64,000 nucleotides of DNA from Desulfurellaceae bacterium. Its GTDB lineage: Bacteria; Desulfobacterota; Binatia; Bin18. A program made the translations under genes and the position numbers. The notes under the pieces are model-generated. The model had not been told where the DNA came from and searched no databases. It saw only the letters and a list, made by a program, of their open reading frames with translations. Of the stretch, positions 30,227 to 38,988 are shown piece by piece (positions within the stretch are counted from its first letter, which is position 1; every line of letters starts with the position of its first letter). The stretch covers positions 605 through 64,604 of the forward strand of contig JAGWBB010000020.1 in NCBI GenBank assembly GCA_021296095.1, given 5' to 3'.

Positions 30227-30427
30227 TCCGCCCGGCCGAAGCTGACCTGTTTCGCTAAGCCGCGGCTAGACGCCCACAGCTCAGGGGAGCTACCCTATTC
30301 TCCTCGTATGACCCACCGGGCATTCCTGCTGGCACTCGAAGACCTGCCGTTGACCTGATCGTGCGTGGCTGGCGCGTGCTCAGGAAGATGTATTGACGGC
30401 ACCTATCAAGGGCATCACGGTGCATAC

Positions 30428-30667
30428 ATGCGTACCACCCTAACCTTGCTGCAGCGGGAGATGCGGCGCACCGACAGGAGCATGAAGGCCGTCGTCAACG
30501 ATGCGTTGCGAGTCGGCCTCGGCGTCCAGGGGAAGATGAGGCAATTGCCGCCGTTTAAAGTCGAGCCCCACGCCTTTCATTTCAAACCTGGTGTTGACGC
30601 CGACAGGCTCAATCAACTCGTGGACGAGCTGAAGGCGGAAGCGCTTTCTCGAAAGCTCGAACGGTGA
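30428..30667 (+). CDS. Type II antitoxin, VapB/ribbon-helix-helix-like
   Basis: 79 aa starting MRTTLTLLQREMRRTDRSMKAVVNDALRVGL, a typical VapB-family N-terminus. Its TGA stop overlaps (GTGA) the start of the downstream PIN-toxin reading frame. Confidence 0.6.
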   Translation: MRTTLTLLQREMRRTDRSMKAVVNDALRVGLGVQGKMRQLPPFKVEPHAFHFKPGVDADRLNQLVDELKAEALSRKLER

Positions 30668-31092
30668 TCGTTCCCGACATCAACCCGTTGCTATAGGCCC
30701 ACGATTCGGCATCCCGCCGGCACCAAGCCGCGCGTGAATGGTGGGAAGCGCTCATGAATGGAACAGACACAGTGGGCCTCCCCTGGATTGCCATCCTGGG
30801 TTTCATCCACATCTCGACGCACGCGAAGATCCTCGACAATCCGCTCGACGTGGGCGGCGCCTGTCGCCGAGTGCGGTCCTGGCTTGACCGCCCGCAAACG
30901 GCTCTCATCCATCCCGGCCCCCGGCATGCTGACATCCTGCTTGGTCTGATTGAGGCAGTCGGCACGGCGGGTAATCTGACAACGGATGCGCACCTGGCCG
31001 CTCTCGCAATCGAACATCAAGCCGAAATGCATTCCACCGACGCGGACATGGCGCGCTTTCCAGGATTGCGTTGGACGAATCCCCTTAGCTGA
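30664..31092 (+). pseudogene. vapC: VapC PIN-domain toxin gene with an in-frame amber codon at codon 11
   Basis: The frame from the GTG at 30664 reads VIVPDINPLL-TAG(30694-30696)-AHDSASRRHQAAREWWEALMNGTDTVGLPWIA...TDAHLAALAIEHQAEMHSTDADMARFPGLRW*. That is a complete VapC apart from TAG at the position where VapC proteins have a conserved Tyr (LLYAH). The track reports only the downstream part, 30754..31092. Confidence 0.65.
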
Positions 31093-31335
31093 GTCGCCTC
31101 ACAACCTCGTCTGCCTTCTCGGAAATGTTCGGCAGAGTCCGTAGGTTCGGATGAGCCGCAGGCGTAATCCAACATTTCCGGCCCGTTATCCAGGCTTCAG
31201 ATTCGCTTATCACGATAGGGAACGTTGCCCCGAACGAAGACGCAGGCACACAGTATCCGACGTGATGGTGTTGTACATGATTACACCCCAGCGTAGGGTA
31301 GACTTCGCTCATGTTATTCTACCTGGAGGACGACC

Positions 31336-31593
31336 ATGAGCCTCACCATCAAGAACGAGGAAACCTGCCGGCTGGCCGGTGAGTTGGCGCGGTTGACCGG
31401 TGAGACCATGACCGGCGCGATTACCGTCGCGTTGCGCGAGCGCCTTGCACGCGAGAAACGCCGGCACGATGCGGATGCCCTCGCGCGGGAGCTGCACGCC
31501 ATTGGACAGCGTTGCGCCAAACTACTGAGGCCGGGACCGTCCTCCGTGGAACATGGCGACCTGCTCTACGACGAGCGGGGATTGCCAAAGTGA
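31336..31593 (+). CDS. Type II antitoxin (VapB-family)
   Basis: 85 aa, MSLTIKNEETCRLAGELARLTGETMTGAITVALRERLAREKRR. A GGAGGA SD lies 6 nt upstream. Its stop overlaps the GTG of a PIN-like reading frame. Confidence 0.6.
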   Translation: MSLTIKNEETCRLAGELARLTGETMTGAITVALRERLAREKRRHDADALARELHAIGQRCAKLLRPGPSSVEHGDLLYDERGLPK

Positions 31594-31724
31594 TCATCGA
31601 CAGCTCGGCAGTGCTGACTGATACCGGTCACGATCAAACATCTGGCTCGATCTCTATAGAAGTGTTTAGGTTAGGGGAATTGTCGGCTTACGCTTCGCTA
31701 ATCCGACCTGCGGAGTCCCACTAG
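31590..31724 (+). pseudogene. Truncated VapC (PIN) toxin remnant, about 45 codons
   Basis: The frame from the GTG at 31590 reads VIIDSSAVLTDTGHDQTSGSISIEVFRLGELSAYASLIRPAESH*. It has the canonical VapC start (I-I-D-S/T-S-A) but stops after 45 codons, and the sequence after the first ~12 residues no longer resembles a PIN domain. Confidence 0.45.
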
Positions 31725-32542
31725 GGACTTACTGGAAGGGGTGGATGCTCATGGTCTTCCCACGGAGCGTAGAACCATTTTGGACACTTCGGTGGTGATG
31801 GTGTAGTTTGAAATCGGCTCACCAGTACGATTTTGCTCCACTGTTTTCTACCCACGCATTCCCGTACTCTTGCCTCGATTATTGCGCGCTCCTCTTCTGT
31901 CAATACTCTAATGGGTGCTATAAGAACTTCATCATCAAAAACCAACCACCACTGTTTATATTCCTTCGCCCGTTTTCCCTGTCGTACCTTTTTGGTTTTC
32001 TCCTCCACACCAGCAGCAATTCGCTCGGACAAAACGGATACGATAAGGGAGCCTGTGTCTTCACTCACTTCCGCGAAGCTTCCCTCATTGCTTGCCGGCC
32101 ACAATTGCAATATCACTCCTCGGCCACGTATCCGCTCCAGGGACAACAGCTGAATTTCTCTACCTCCTCCCCTGGTACGGAGTGCCTTGCGAGCTTTCTC
32201 CTTCCATTCTTTATCGCTCTTACTTGGCGGGCGCGGCTCTCTGGGGTCGTACTCGCAGAAGGAGTGCCATCTCGGTGCGTTCTCTTCTTTCGAGACTTCT
32301 TCAATCAGACGCTTGAGAGCCCGCTCAAAGGCATGTTTTTTGGTCCTGCTCCACCCGTCAGAATCATGCAAGAGGGTTACTTCCACAGCAATTTCTTCCT
32401 CCATGTACTTCACCAAGAAATCGGGAGGACCGTCCCCATCACCGACATATCGAATATCTGTTGCTCCGATTTGTTCGAGCCACTCCTTGACCCAAACTTC
32501 ACTCCCCTTTGGGATATCTTGTCGATCTTTTGTTGTGGCCAT
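31721..32542 (-). CDS. Hypothetical protein in the low-GC islet
   Basis: 273 aa from the ATG at 32542 (MATTKDRQDIPKGSEVWVKEWLEQIGATDIRYVGDGDGPPDFLVKYMEEEIAVEVTLLHD...); the track uses the TTG at 32578. Lys/Glu-rich and of much lower GC than the flanks. A weak PD-(D/E)xK-like pattern (PPDF...EIAVEV) is not convincing. Confidence 0.5.
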   Translation of the reverse strand: MATTKDRQDIPKGSEVWVKEWLEQIGATDIRYVGDGDGPPDFLVKYMEEEIAVEVTLLHDSDGWSRTKKHAFERALKRLIEEVSKEENAPRWHSFCEYDPREPRPPSKSDKEWKEKARKALRTRGGGREIQLLSLERIRGRGVILQLWPASNEGSFAEVSEDTGSLIVSVLSERIAAGVEEKTKKVRQGKRAKEYKQWWLVFDDEVLIAPIRVLTEEERAIIEARVRECVGRKQWSKIVLVSRFQTTPSPPKCPKWFYAPWEDHEHPPLPVSP

Positions 32543-32730
32543 CCCGTCTGTTGTCGCCGAGACCGGCCCCGCATGCAAGGTGGGTCGCCATTACGACACC
32601 GGTCGCGGCACGAACCACCGACACCGGTGACCGCTTTCGTTCTCCTGCTGACTCAGCTCCAATTGTTCAGGTAAAGAAGCTGATCGCGTAGCGCTTCAGC
32701 AGAAAAATTGTTCAGGATGTAAGGTAGATT

Positions 32731-33051
32731 TTAATGGCGGCCATCGTCAAAGGGACGAATCGTCGGCGGATATTTCCGCAGAACTGCGTCAAGATTGGTT
32801 AATTCGGTAATTTCCCGGTCCATCTCAGCCTGATGGTCGTAGTAGTAAGACAGCGCGTCGTGGATTTCTGCCGGCCTGAGAGCGGGAAACTCGCGCAGGA
32901 GTTCTTCAACAGACAATCCACGACGGTAGTCTTGAATGATGGAACTCACCGGAAAGCGGCTTCCTCTGATGACAGGTCTTCCTCCCTGAACGTGCGGACG
33001 ACGCTCCACATAGGGATGACCTGTGTCCGTTGGCATAGTCCGGGTGCTCAT
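32731..33051 (-). CDS. DUF433 domain protein (antitoxin-like HTH)
   Basis: ...GGRPVIRGSRFPVSSIIQDYRRGLSVEELLREFPALRPAEIHDALSYYYDH matches the DUF433 signature. The start is the ATG at 33051 or 33036. The usual DUF5615/PIN partner is absent. Confidence 0.6.
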   Translation of the reverse strand: MSTRTMPTDTGHPYVERRPHVQGGRPVIRGSRFPVSSIIQDYRRGLSVEELLREFPALRPAEIHDALSYYYDHQAEMDREITELTNLDAVLRKYPPTIRPFDDGRH

Positions 33052-33140
33052 CGTGCGCTCCTGCTGATATATTATCGCTATCCTAGAGCGTTCTCTGAAG
33101 CCGGGCAATGGATACGGTCCCCACCCCAGTCATGACACAG

Positions 33141-34430
33141 ATGCGAAATACGATTCCGCTTGCTCTCCGCAGCATGTTTTTTGCCACCTGCCTCGTCCAG
33201 CTTCTGCTCGCCACTCCCGCTTTCGCGTCCCCACCGCCCGGCGTCAGCCTCATCGAGGGTCGCCTGGCGCCATTTTTCCACAATCGGCCCGTGTCGGCCT
33301 TTCGGGTCTACGCCTTCCACGACGATAGGCCGCAGCCGGTTCCGTTTCAGATCGACGAGCGGGACGAGCGGGAGCGCTGGATTCTGAACCACGGTCCAAA
33401 GGCCAAACACGACAGTCCGGCCGGGGTGTTTGACGCCAACGACGCCATTGTGGTGATGAACCGCGACCTTGGCCGACGCGGCGACCCGTCCGTCCTGCCG
33501 GACCGGGCCAGCCGCTGGGCCGAGGTCCGGGTCGGGACGGAAACGGACCCGCTGGGTTTTGTCTATGTGGGTGTTTTTCCCCCGGCTCAGGCCCCGCAGT
33601 TCGTGACCCGGCCCTACGCCCGCTACGACCCGGCGACCGACCGGGTCTATGCCGAGCGCTACGCCCTGGCCTTTGACGCCCCGCTGCCAACCCATTTTGC
33701 CCCGGTCGAACGGCTGGGCGACTTTGGCACAAATACCATCGCCGGGATCAAAGCCGCAGCCGATGTGCGTCTGCTGGGCGGCCTGCTGAGCTTTCAGCGC
33801 ACGCACGCCGATCTGCGCAGCACGCTGCGCAGCTACCAGCCCGGCCCGGTCCGGGTGATCCGTCAGGCGCGCTACTGGGTGCCGCTGCCGTTTGGCCTGC
33901 GCACCTCGGGCAAGGTCAACCTCATCTTCTACCGTGACTTTGTCGAGGGCAGTGCGCTGATCAAGCTGAAAATCCCGCCCCGCCTGGTTCTGGCCGACGG
34001 CGAGTTCAAGACCTATTTTGATTTTCTGAATCTCGGCGGCGCCCGCCTGCTGCTGAACGGTGCGCCGCTGGGCGAGGCCGTGAACGGTTCCATGACTGCG
34101 GCAAAACGCGCCCTGAACGGCCGCCCGGCGCGCTGGGCGGCCCTGCTGCTGCCGAGCGGCCGCACGGTCGTGTTCATTCCCCGGCTTGGGGGCGCCTTGG
34201 CCAAACTCGACCAGCGCGCCTATTATGCCGAAAACACGGCCGACCCCGGCCTGCCCCATTTCGGCTTTCAGTTTTTTGAAATCAAGCGTTTGGAGAGCGG
34301 CGCGCATCGCCTGTCGGTTTTTGGCCTGCTGCTGGACAGCGCCGATCCCGACACGGTTCGGCGGGCGACCGAGATATTTCTGTCTCCGCCCCAGGTGGAG
34401 GTCAGCCTAGTCAACGCCCCGCTGGACTAG
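33141..34430 (+). CDS. Hypothetical secreted protein (about 430 aa)
   Basis: The predicted signal is MRNTIPLALRSMFFATCLVQLLLATPAFA|SPPP. GC content is high again here. No recognisable catalytic motifs. Alternative starts are the ATGs at 33108 and 33132. Confidence 0.5.
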   Translation: MRNTIPLALRSMFFATCLVQLLLATPAFASPPPGVSLIEGRLAPFFHNRPVSAFRVYAFHDDRPQPVPFQIDERDERERWILNHGPKAKHDSPAGVFDANDAIVVMNRDLGRRGDPSVLPDRASRWAEVRVGTETDPLGFVYVGVFPPAQAPQFVTRPYARYDPATDRVYAERYALAFDAPLPTHFAPVERLGDFGTNTIAGIKAAADVRLLGGLLSFQRTHADLRSTLRSYQPGPVRVIRQARYWVPLPFGLRTSGKVNLIFYRDFVEGSALIKLKIPPRLVLADGEFKTYFDFLNLGGARLLLNGAPLGEAVNGSMTAAKRALNGRPARWAALLLPSGRTVVFIPRLGGALAKLDQRAYYAENTADPGLPHFGFQFFEIKRLESGAHRLSVFGLLLDSADPDTVRRATEIFLSPPQVEVSLVNAPLD

Positions 34431-35498
34431 AGACCAGGCGGCGACCGCCATCTGACGACACTGTTCTTTATAGCCCAGGGCCTGGGGCGAGCTGGCATTG
34501 CCGTCCAGCCCGCGCTTGTACACGCCCTGGATGATGGCGCCAATACGGAACAGGGCAAACACGATGTAGAAGGTCCAGTGCGGGATCCGGTCGCGTCCGG
34601 TCAGCGCGCAGTAGCGGGCCACGTAGTCCTGCTCGGACGGAATGCCATAGCTGGCGTAGTCAAGCCCGGTGATATCGCCCCGGATATCGTCCGGCACGTG
34701 GTAGGGCAGACAGTTGTGGGCCAGATCGGCAAACGGTGCTCCCAGCGTGCTCAGCTCCCAATCGACCACCGCCAGCACGCGCGGCTCGGTCGGATGGAAA
34801 ATCATATTCTCCAGACGAAAGTCGCCGTGGGAAATGGTGGTCTGGTCGTCGTCCGGCAGATGCGCGGGCAACCACGTCGTGAGCCGTTCCATCTCGGGAA
34901 TCTCTTCGGTCTTGCTGGCCTCGTACTGTTTGGTCCAGCGGCCGACCTGGCGGGCCATATAGCCGCCGACCCGGCCGTAATCCTCCAGGCCGACCGCCCG
35001 AAAATCCACCTGGTGCAGCTTGGCGATGGCTTCGACCATGGCCCCGTAGACAACCCCCCGCTCGGCCGGTGGCATGTCGCGCAGCTCATAGCCGCGCAGC
35101 ACCCGGCCGTCAATAAAATCCATCAGATAGAAATCGGTGCCAATCACCGACGCGTCCTGACACAGGACGTAGGGTTTGGCGACCGGCACATCGGTGTCCC
35201 ACAGCGCCGAAATGACCCGGAACTCGCGATCAACCGCGTGGGCCGAGGGCAGGAGTTTGCCCGGCGGCTTCTTGCGCAGCACGTAGCGTCGGCCGGCCGC
35301 GTCGGTCAACACAAAGGTCGGGTTGGACATGCCGCCCCGAATCTGTCCGACATGCATCGGCGGGCTGAAGTCGGGCAGCTGGTGGTGCATATAGCGCTCA
35401 AGGTTAGCCTGGTCGAAGCGGTGCTGCTCTAGCACCGGTGCCGTTTCTGCGGTCAGCGAGACCGGCGGTAGCGCCTCGGCCTGCGGGTCGGTCGCCAT
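34407..35498 (-). CDS. Phosphotransferase-family protein (APH/ChoK-like kinase fold)
   Basis: Start at the ATG at 35498. Contains the Brenner motif ISHGDFRLENMIF and the metal-binding VVDWE motif. 363 aa, APH-like length. Confidence 0.8.
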   Translation of the reverse strand: MATDPQAEALPPVSLTAETAPVLEQHRFDQANLERYMHHQLPDFSPPMHVGQIRGGMSNPTFVLTDAAGRRYVLRKKPPGKLLPSAHAVDREFRVISALWDTDVPVAKPYVLCQDASVIGTDFYLMDFIDGRVLRGYELRDMPPAERGVVYGAMVEAIAKLHQVDFRAVGLEDYGRVGGYMARQVGRWTKQYEASKTEEIPEMERLTTWLPAHLPDDDQTTISHGDFRLENMIFHPTEPRVLAVVDWELSTLGAPFADLAHNCLPYHVPDDIRGDITGLDYASYGIPSEQDYVARYCALTGRDRIPHWTFYIVFALFRIGAIIQGVYKRGLDGNASSPQALGYKEQCRQMAVAAWSLVQRGVD

Positions 35499-35515
35499 TC
35501 TGAGTTTCTCCTTGC

Positions 35516-36604
35516 TCACACGCCGCGCTCGACCAGGTCCCAGGCGGCGGTCGCCAGCTGTTTGCACTTTTCGCCCCGGGTGATGGCTTCGGGCGAGCTG
35601 GCGTTGCCGTCCAGTGCCCGTTTGTACACCCCCTGGACAATCGCCGCCAGCCGGAAGAGCGAAAACACCACGTAAAAGTTCCAGTTTTCAATGGCCGGAC
35701 GATCCATCTGGCGGCAGTAGCGGGCCACGCAGTCCTGCTCGGACGGGATGCCGTAGGCGGCAAAATCGAGACTCGTGATGTCGCCCCGGATATCGTCCGG
35801 CACATGGTAGGGCAGACAGTTATAGGCCAGGTCGGACAGGGGGGCGCCGAGCGTGCTCAGCTCCCAGTCGACCACGGCCAGAACCTCGGGCCGGGTCGGA
35901 TGGAACAGCAGGTTCTCCAGGCGAAAATCGCCGTGGGCGATCGTCGTCTCATCATCGTCCGGCAGATGCTCGGGCAGCCAGGCCATGAGCCGCTCCATGG
36001 CCGGCAGCTGCTCAGTTTTGCTCGCCTCATACTGCTTTGACCAGCGCCTGACCTGGCGCGCCATATAGCCCCCGACCCGGCCATAGTCCTCAAGCCCGAC
36101 GGCCCGGAAGTCCACCCGATGGATCTTGGCCAGGGTATCGATCATGGTGTCATACACTGCCCGCCGCTCGCTCGCGCTCAGGTCGGGCAGCTCATAGCCG
36201 CGAAACACCCGGCCCTCGACAAAATCCATAATATAAAAGTCCACGCCCAGCACCGACGCGTCCTGACACAGCACATGGGGTTTGGCAACCGGCACGTCGG
36301 TCTGCCACAGAGCCGAGATGATCCGAAACTCCCGGTCAACCGCGTGGGCCGAGGGCAGCAGTTTGCCGGGCGGTTTCTTGCGCAGGACGTAGCGCCGGCC
36401 GGCCGCGTCGGTCAGGATAAAAGTCGGGTTCGACATGCCGCCCCGCACCTGTCCGACCGCCAGCGGCGGGCTGAAGGTTTCAATATGCTCGGTCATGTAG
36501 CGCGTCAGCGCGGCCTCATCGAAACGGTGCTGGTCAAGCACCGGCGCCGTCTCAGCCGTGAGCGAGGTGAGCGGGCTGGTCTCTACGGGTTGGGGTGTCG
36601 CCAT
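35516..36604 (-). CDS. Phosphotransferase-family protein, tandem paralogue of 34407..35498
   Basis: 362 aa, roughly 80% identical to the downstream gene over its full length. Examples: SLTAETAPVL(D/E)QHRFD, GGMSNPTF(I/V)LTDAAGRRYVLRKKPPGKLLPSAHAVDREFR, (I/A)HGDFRLEN, VVDWELSTLGAP. Confidence 0.8.
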   Translation of the reverse strand: MATPQPVETSPLTSLTAETAPVLDQHRFDEAALTRYMTEHIETFSPPLAVGQVRGGMSNPTFILTDAAGRRYVLRKKPPGKLLPSAHAVDREFRIISALWQTDVPVAKPHVLCQDASVLGVDFYIMDFVEGRVFRGYELPDLSASERRAVYDTMIDTLAKIHRVDFRAVGLEDYGRVGGYMARQVRRWSKQYEASKTEQLPAMERLMAWLPEHLPDDDETTIAHGDFRLENLLFHPTRPEVLAVVDWELSTLGAPLSDLAYNCLPYHVPDDIRGDITSLDFAAYGIPSEQDCVARYCRQMDRPAIENWNFYVVFSLFRLAAIVQGVYKRALDGNASSPEAITRGEKCKQLATAAWDLVERGV

Positions 36605-36674
36605 GGCGCATCTCTCCTTCTCGAACAGTCCCCTAGTTCAATCACCCGGCCAGCGGTGCCGTCAAGGCGAGGCT

Positions 36675-37232
36675 TCAGCCGACGCGGGTGGGTCGCTCGC
36701 GGCCGAGGCTCACCACCCGCAGGCTCCCGTCACGCTGTTCGAGCACAGTGCACGAGCAGTGGTCCGGCTCGAAACACACCATCCGGTCATCGCTCCTGGC
36801 CGCTCCCACCGCAGCATTGATGGCCACAAAATGGGTCGTGATCAGGCTCGGTGTTCGCAGGCCGCACAGAAAAGCGACCAGCTGCGCTTTCCAGTCCTGA
36901 TACGCCTGCGGCAGCTCGCTCCAACGACCACCCAGGACGCGGCGAATCCAGGCTGCACGCTCGGCCAGCTCCTGGCTGGGCGAGGGAATCTCGGCCACCG
37001 CAGGCTCGACCCGGGCCTCACACTTCCACATCTGCTCAAACGGAACGGCAGTATCCCGAGCCCGCCGCAGCGGGCTGGTGATGAGCGACAGGCGGCCGAG
37101 CGGTTCGAGCCGTTTGGCCAGCTCCGCAGCCTGGCGGTGGCCACGCTCGTCAAGCCCGGGGTCCGGGTCTTCGCCAAACCCGGCCTGCGGTTGGCCGTGG
37201 CGAATGAGGTAGAGCTTGGGGGCGGGTGTCAT
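36675..37232 (-). CDS. Histidine phosphatase family protein (phosphoglycerate-mutase-like)
   Basis: Start at the ATG at 37232 after AAGGA (MTPAPKLYLIRHGQP...). The RHG catalytic motif is present, followed by ...ITSPLRRARDTA. 185 aa. First gene of the operon with the two phosphotransferases. Confidence 0.75.
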   Translation of the reverse strand: MTPAPKLYLIRHGQPQAGFGEDPDPGLDERGHRQAAELAKRLEPLGRLSLITSPLRRARDTAVPFEQMWKCEARVEPAVAEIPSPSQELAERAAWIRRVLGGRWSELPQAYQDWKAQLVAFLCGLRTPSLITTHFVAINAAVGAARSDDRMVCFEPDHCSCTVLEQRDGSLRVVSLGRERPTRVG

Positions 37233-37473
37233 CGTGTCGTCCTTATATGCCCAAAAAATGGGCAGTCGTGTTGCTTTTTGCGCAGGCGTGCAGCCCTCTC
37301 CAGCCACCCCCAGTGCCACCCAATATCCGATCCGGCCAAGCTGTTTTGCCTGAAATTCGGGCTGGAGACTGCTGTCAGGTTCCCCCGCTACGCAGGCCCA
37401 GTTTGGCATGATATATGCGGTTTCTCTACTGCCTACACCGGCGTCCAACTCGCAGGACGGGGAGAGACCGACC

Positions 37474-38958
37474 ATGACGCGTTTTGATGGCTATGACACC
37501 GAGGGATTTTTCGACGAAATGCTGTTTCCTGAGGGGACGCCGCGGCCGGCCGCCGCACTCCTGCTGGAAAGGATCCAGAGCCTGCCGGATGGCGAGATAA
37601 ACCGTCGCCAGGAGGCAGCCGAACGCAGCCTGCTGCATCGGGGCATCACCTTTAATGTCTATAGCGACGGGGCCGGCATGGAAAAAATCTGGCCGTTCGA
37701 TCTGCTGCCGCGCATCATCGACGCCGCAGAGTGGGAATGGATCGAGCGCGGCCTCAGGCAGCGCATCCAGGCCCTGAATCTGTTCATCGACGATATCTAC
37801 CACGACCAGAAGATCCTCAAAGACGGCCTCATTCCCGCAGAGATCGTTCGTTCGGCGACCAGCTTCCGTCCCTCGTGTGTCGGCCTCGATCCTCCCCTTG
37901 GCGTGTGGTGCCATATCACCGGCACCGACCTGATCCGAGATCGCGACGGCCAGATCTACGTCCTGGAAGACAACCTCCGCTGCCCGTCGGGGGCGTCCTA
38001 TGTCCTGCAAAACCGAGAACTCATGAAGCAGACCTTCCCCCTGGTCTTTGAAGCTTCTCAGGTCCGCCCGGTTGACGATTATCCGAACCGCCTGCTGGAA
38101 ATGCTGCTGTCCCTGGCCCCGGCCCACCTGAGCACGCCGACGGTCGCGGTGTTGACCCCGGGGATCTATAACGCGGCCTATTTCGAACATTCGTTTCTGG
38201 CCCAGCAGATGGGTGTCGAGCTGGTCGAGGGACGCGATCTGGTGGTCGCCGACGGCTTTGTCCAGATGCGGACGACCACCGGACTCGAGCGGGTTGACGT
38301 GCTGTATCGGCGGATCGACGACGATTTTCTCGATCCGACGGTCTTCCGGGCCGACTCAACGCTGGGTATCCCGGGCATTATGGAGGTCTATAAAGCCGGC
38401 CGTATCGCCCTGGTCAACGCCCCCGGCACGGGCATTGCCGACGATAAGGTCATCTACGCCTATGTGTCCAAGATGATCGCCTATTATCTGGGCGAGGAAA
38501 TGCTCATCCCCAATGTCCCGACCTATCTGTGTTGGGACGCCTCCGACCGCCAGTACGTCCTGGAGCATCTTGAGCAGCTCGTGGTCAAAGCCGCCAATGA
38601 ATCGGGTGGCTACGGTATGCTGATCGGGCCGCACTCGACGGCCGCCGAACGCGCTGCATTTGCTGCAAAGATCGCGGCCCAGCCGCGCAATTATATCGCC
38701 CAGCCGACGGTGTCGCTGTCGCGCGTCCCGGTGCTCGTCGATGACCGCTTTGAGGGCCGCCATGTCGATCTGCGGCCGTATATTCTGTACGGCAAGGATA
38801 TGTATGTCCTGCCCGGCGGCCTGACCCGGGTGGCGCTCAAAAAGGGCTCGCTGGTCGTCAACTCGTCCCAGGGCGGCGGCAGTAAAGACACCTGGGTGCT
38901 GTCCGGCCCGTCGTCGGCCCACACCCAGGCGGTCCCCTCGGCCATACAGGACGCCTAG
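37474..38958 (+). CDS. Circularly permuted type-2 ATP-grasp protein (DUF404/DUF407 family)
   Basis: Start at the ATG at 37474 after GGGGAGAG. 494 aa, collinear with the N-terminal half of the fused protein at 40848..43391. Shared blocks include [51 protein letters not shown] and [10 protein letters not shown]. Confidence 0.85.
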   Translation: MTRFDGYDTEGFFDEMLFPEGTPRPAAALLLERIQSLPDGEINRRQEAAERSLLHRGITFNVYSDGAGMEKIWPFDLLPRIIDAAEWEWIERGLRQRIQALNLFIDDIYHDQKILKDGLIPAEIVRSATSFRPSCVGLDPPLGVWCHITGTDLIRDRDGQIYVLEDNLRCPSGASYVLQNRELMKQTFPLVFEASQVRPVDDYPNRLLEMLLSLAPAHLSTPTVAVLTPGIYNAAYFEHSFLAQQMGVELVEGRDLVVADGFVQMRTTTGLERVDVLYRRIDDDFLDPTVFRADSTLGIPGIMEVYKAGRIALVNAPGTGIADDKVIYAYVSKMIAYYLGEEMLIPNVPTYLCWDASDRQYVLEHLEQLVVKAANESGGYGMLIGPHSTAAERAAFAAKIAAQPRNYIAQPTVSLSRVPVLVDDRFEGRHVDLRPYILYGKDMYVLPGGLTRVALKKGSLVVNSSQGGGSKDTWVLSGPSSAHTQAVPSAIQDA

Positions 38959-38988
38959 AGACGGCCCACCCAGCGCAGGAAGAGTCGT

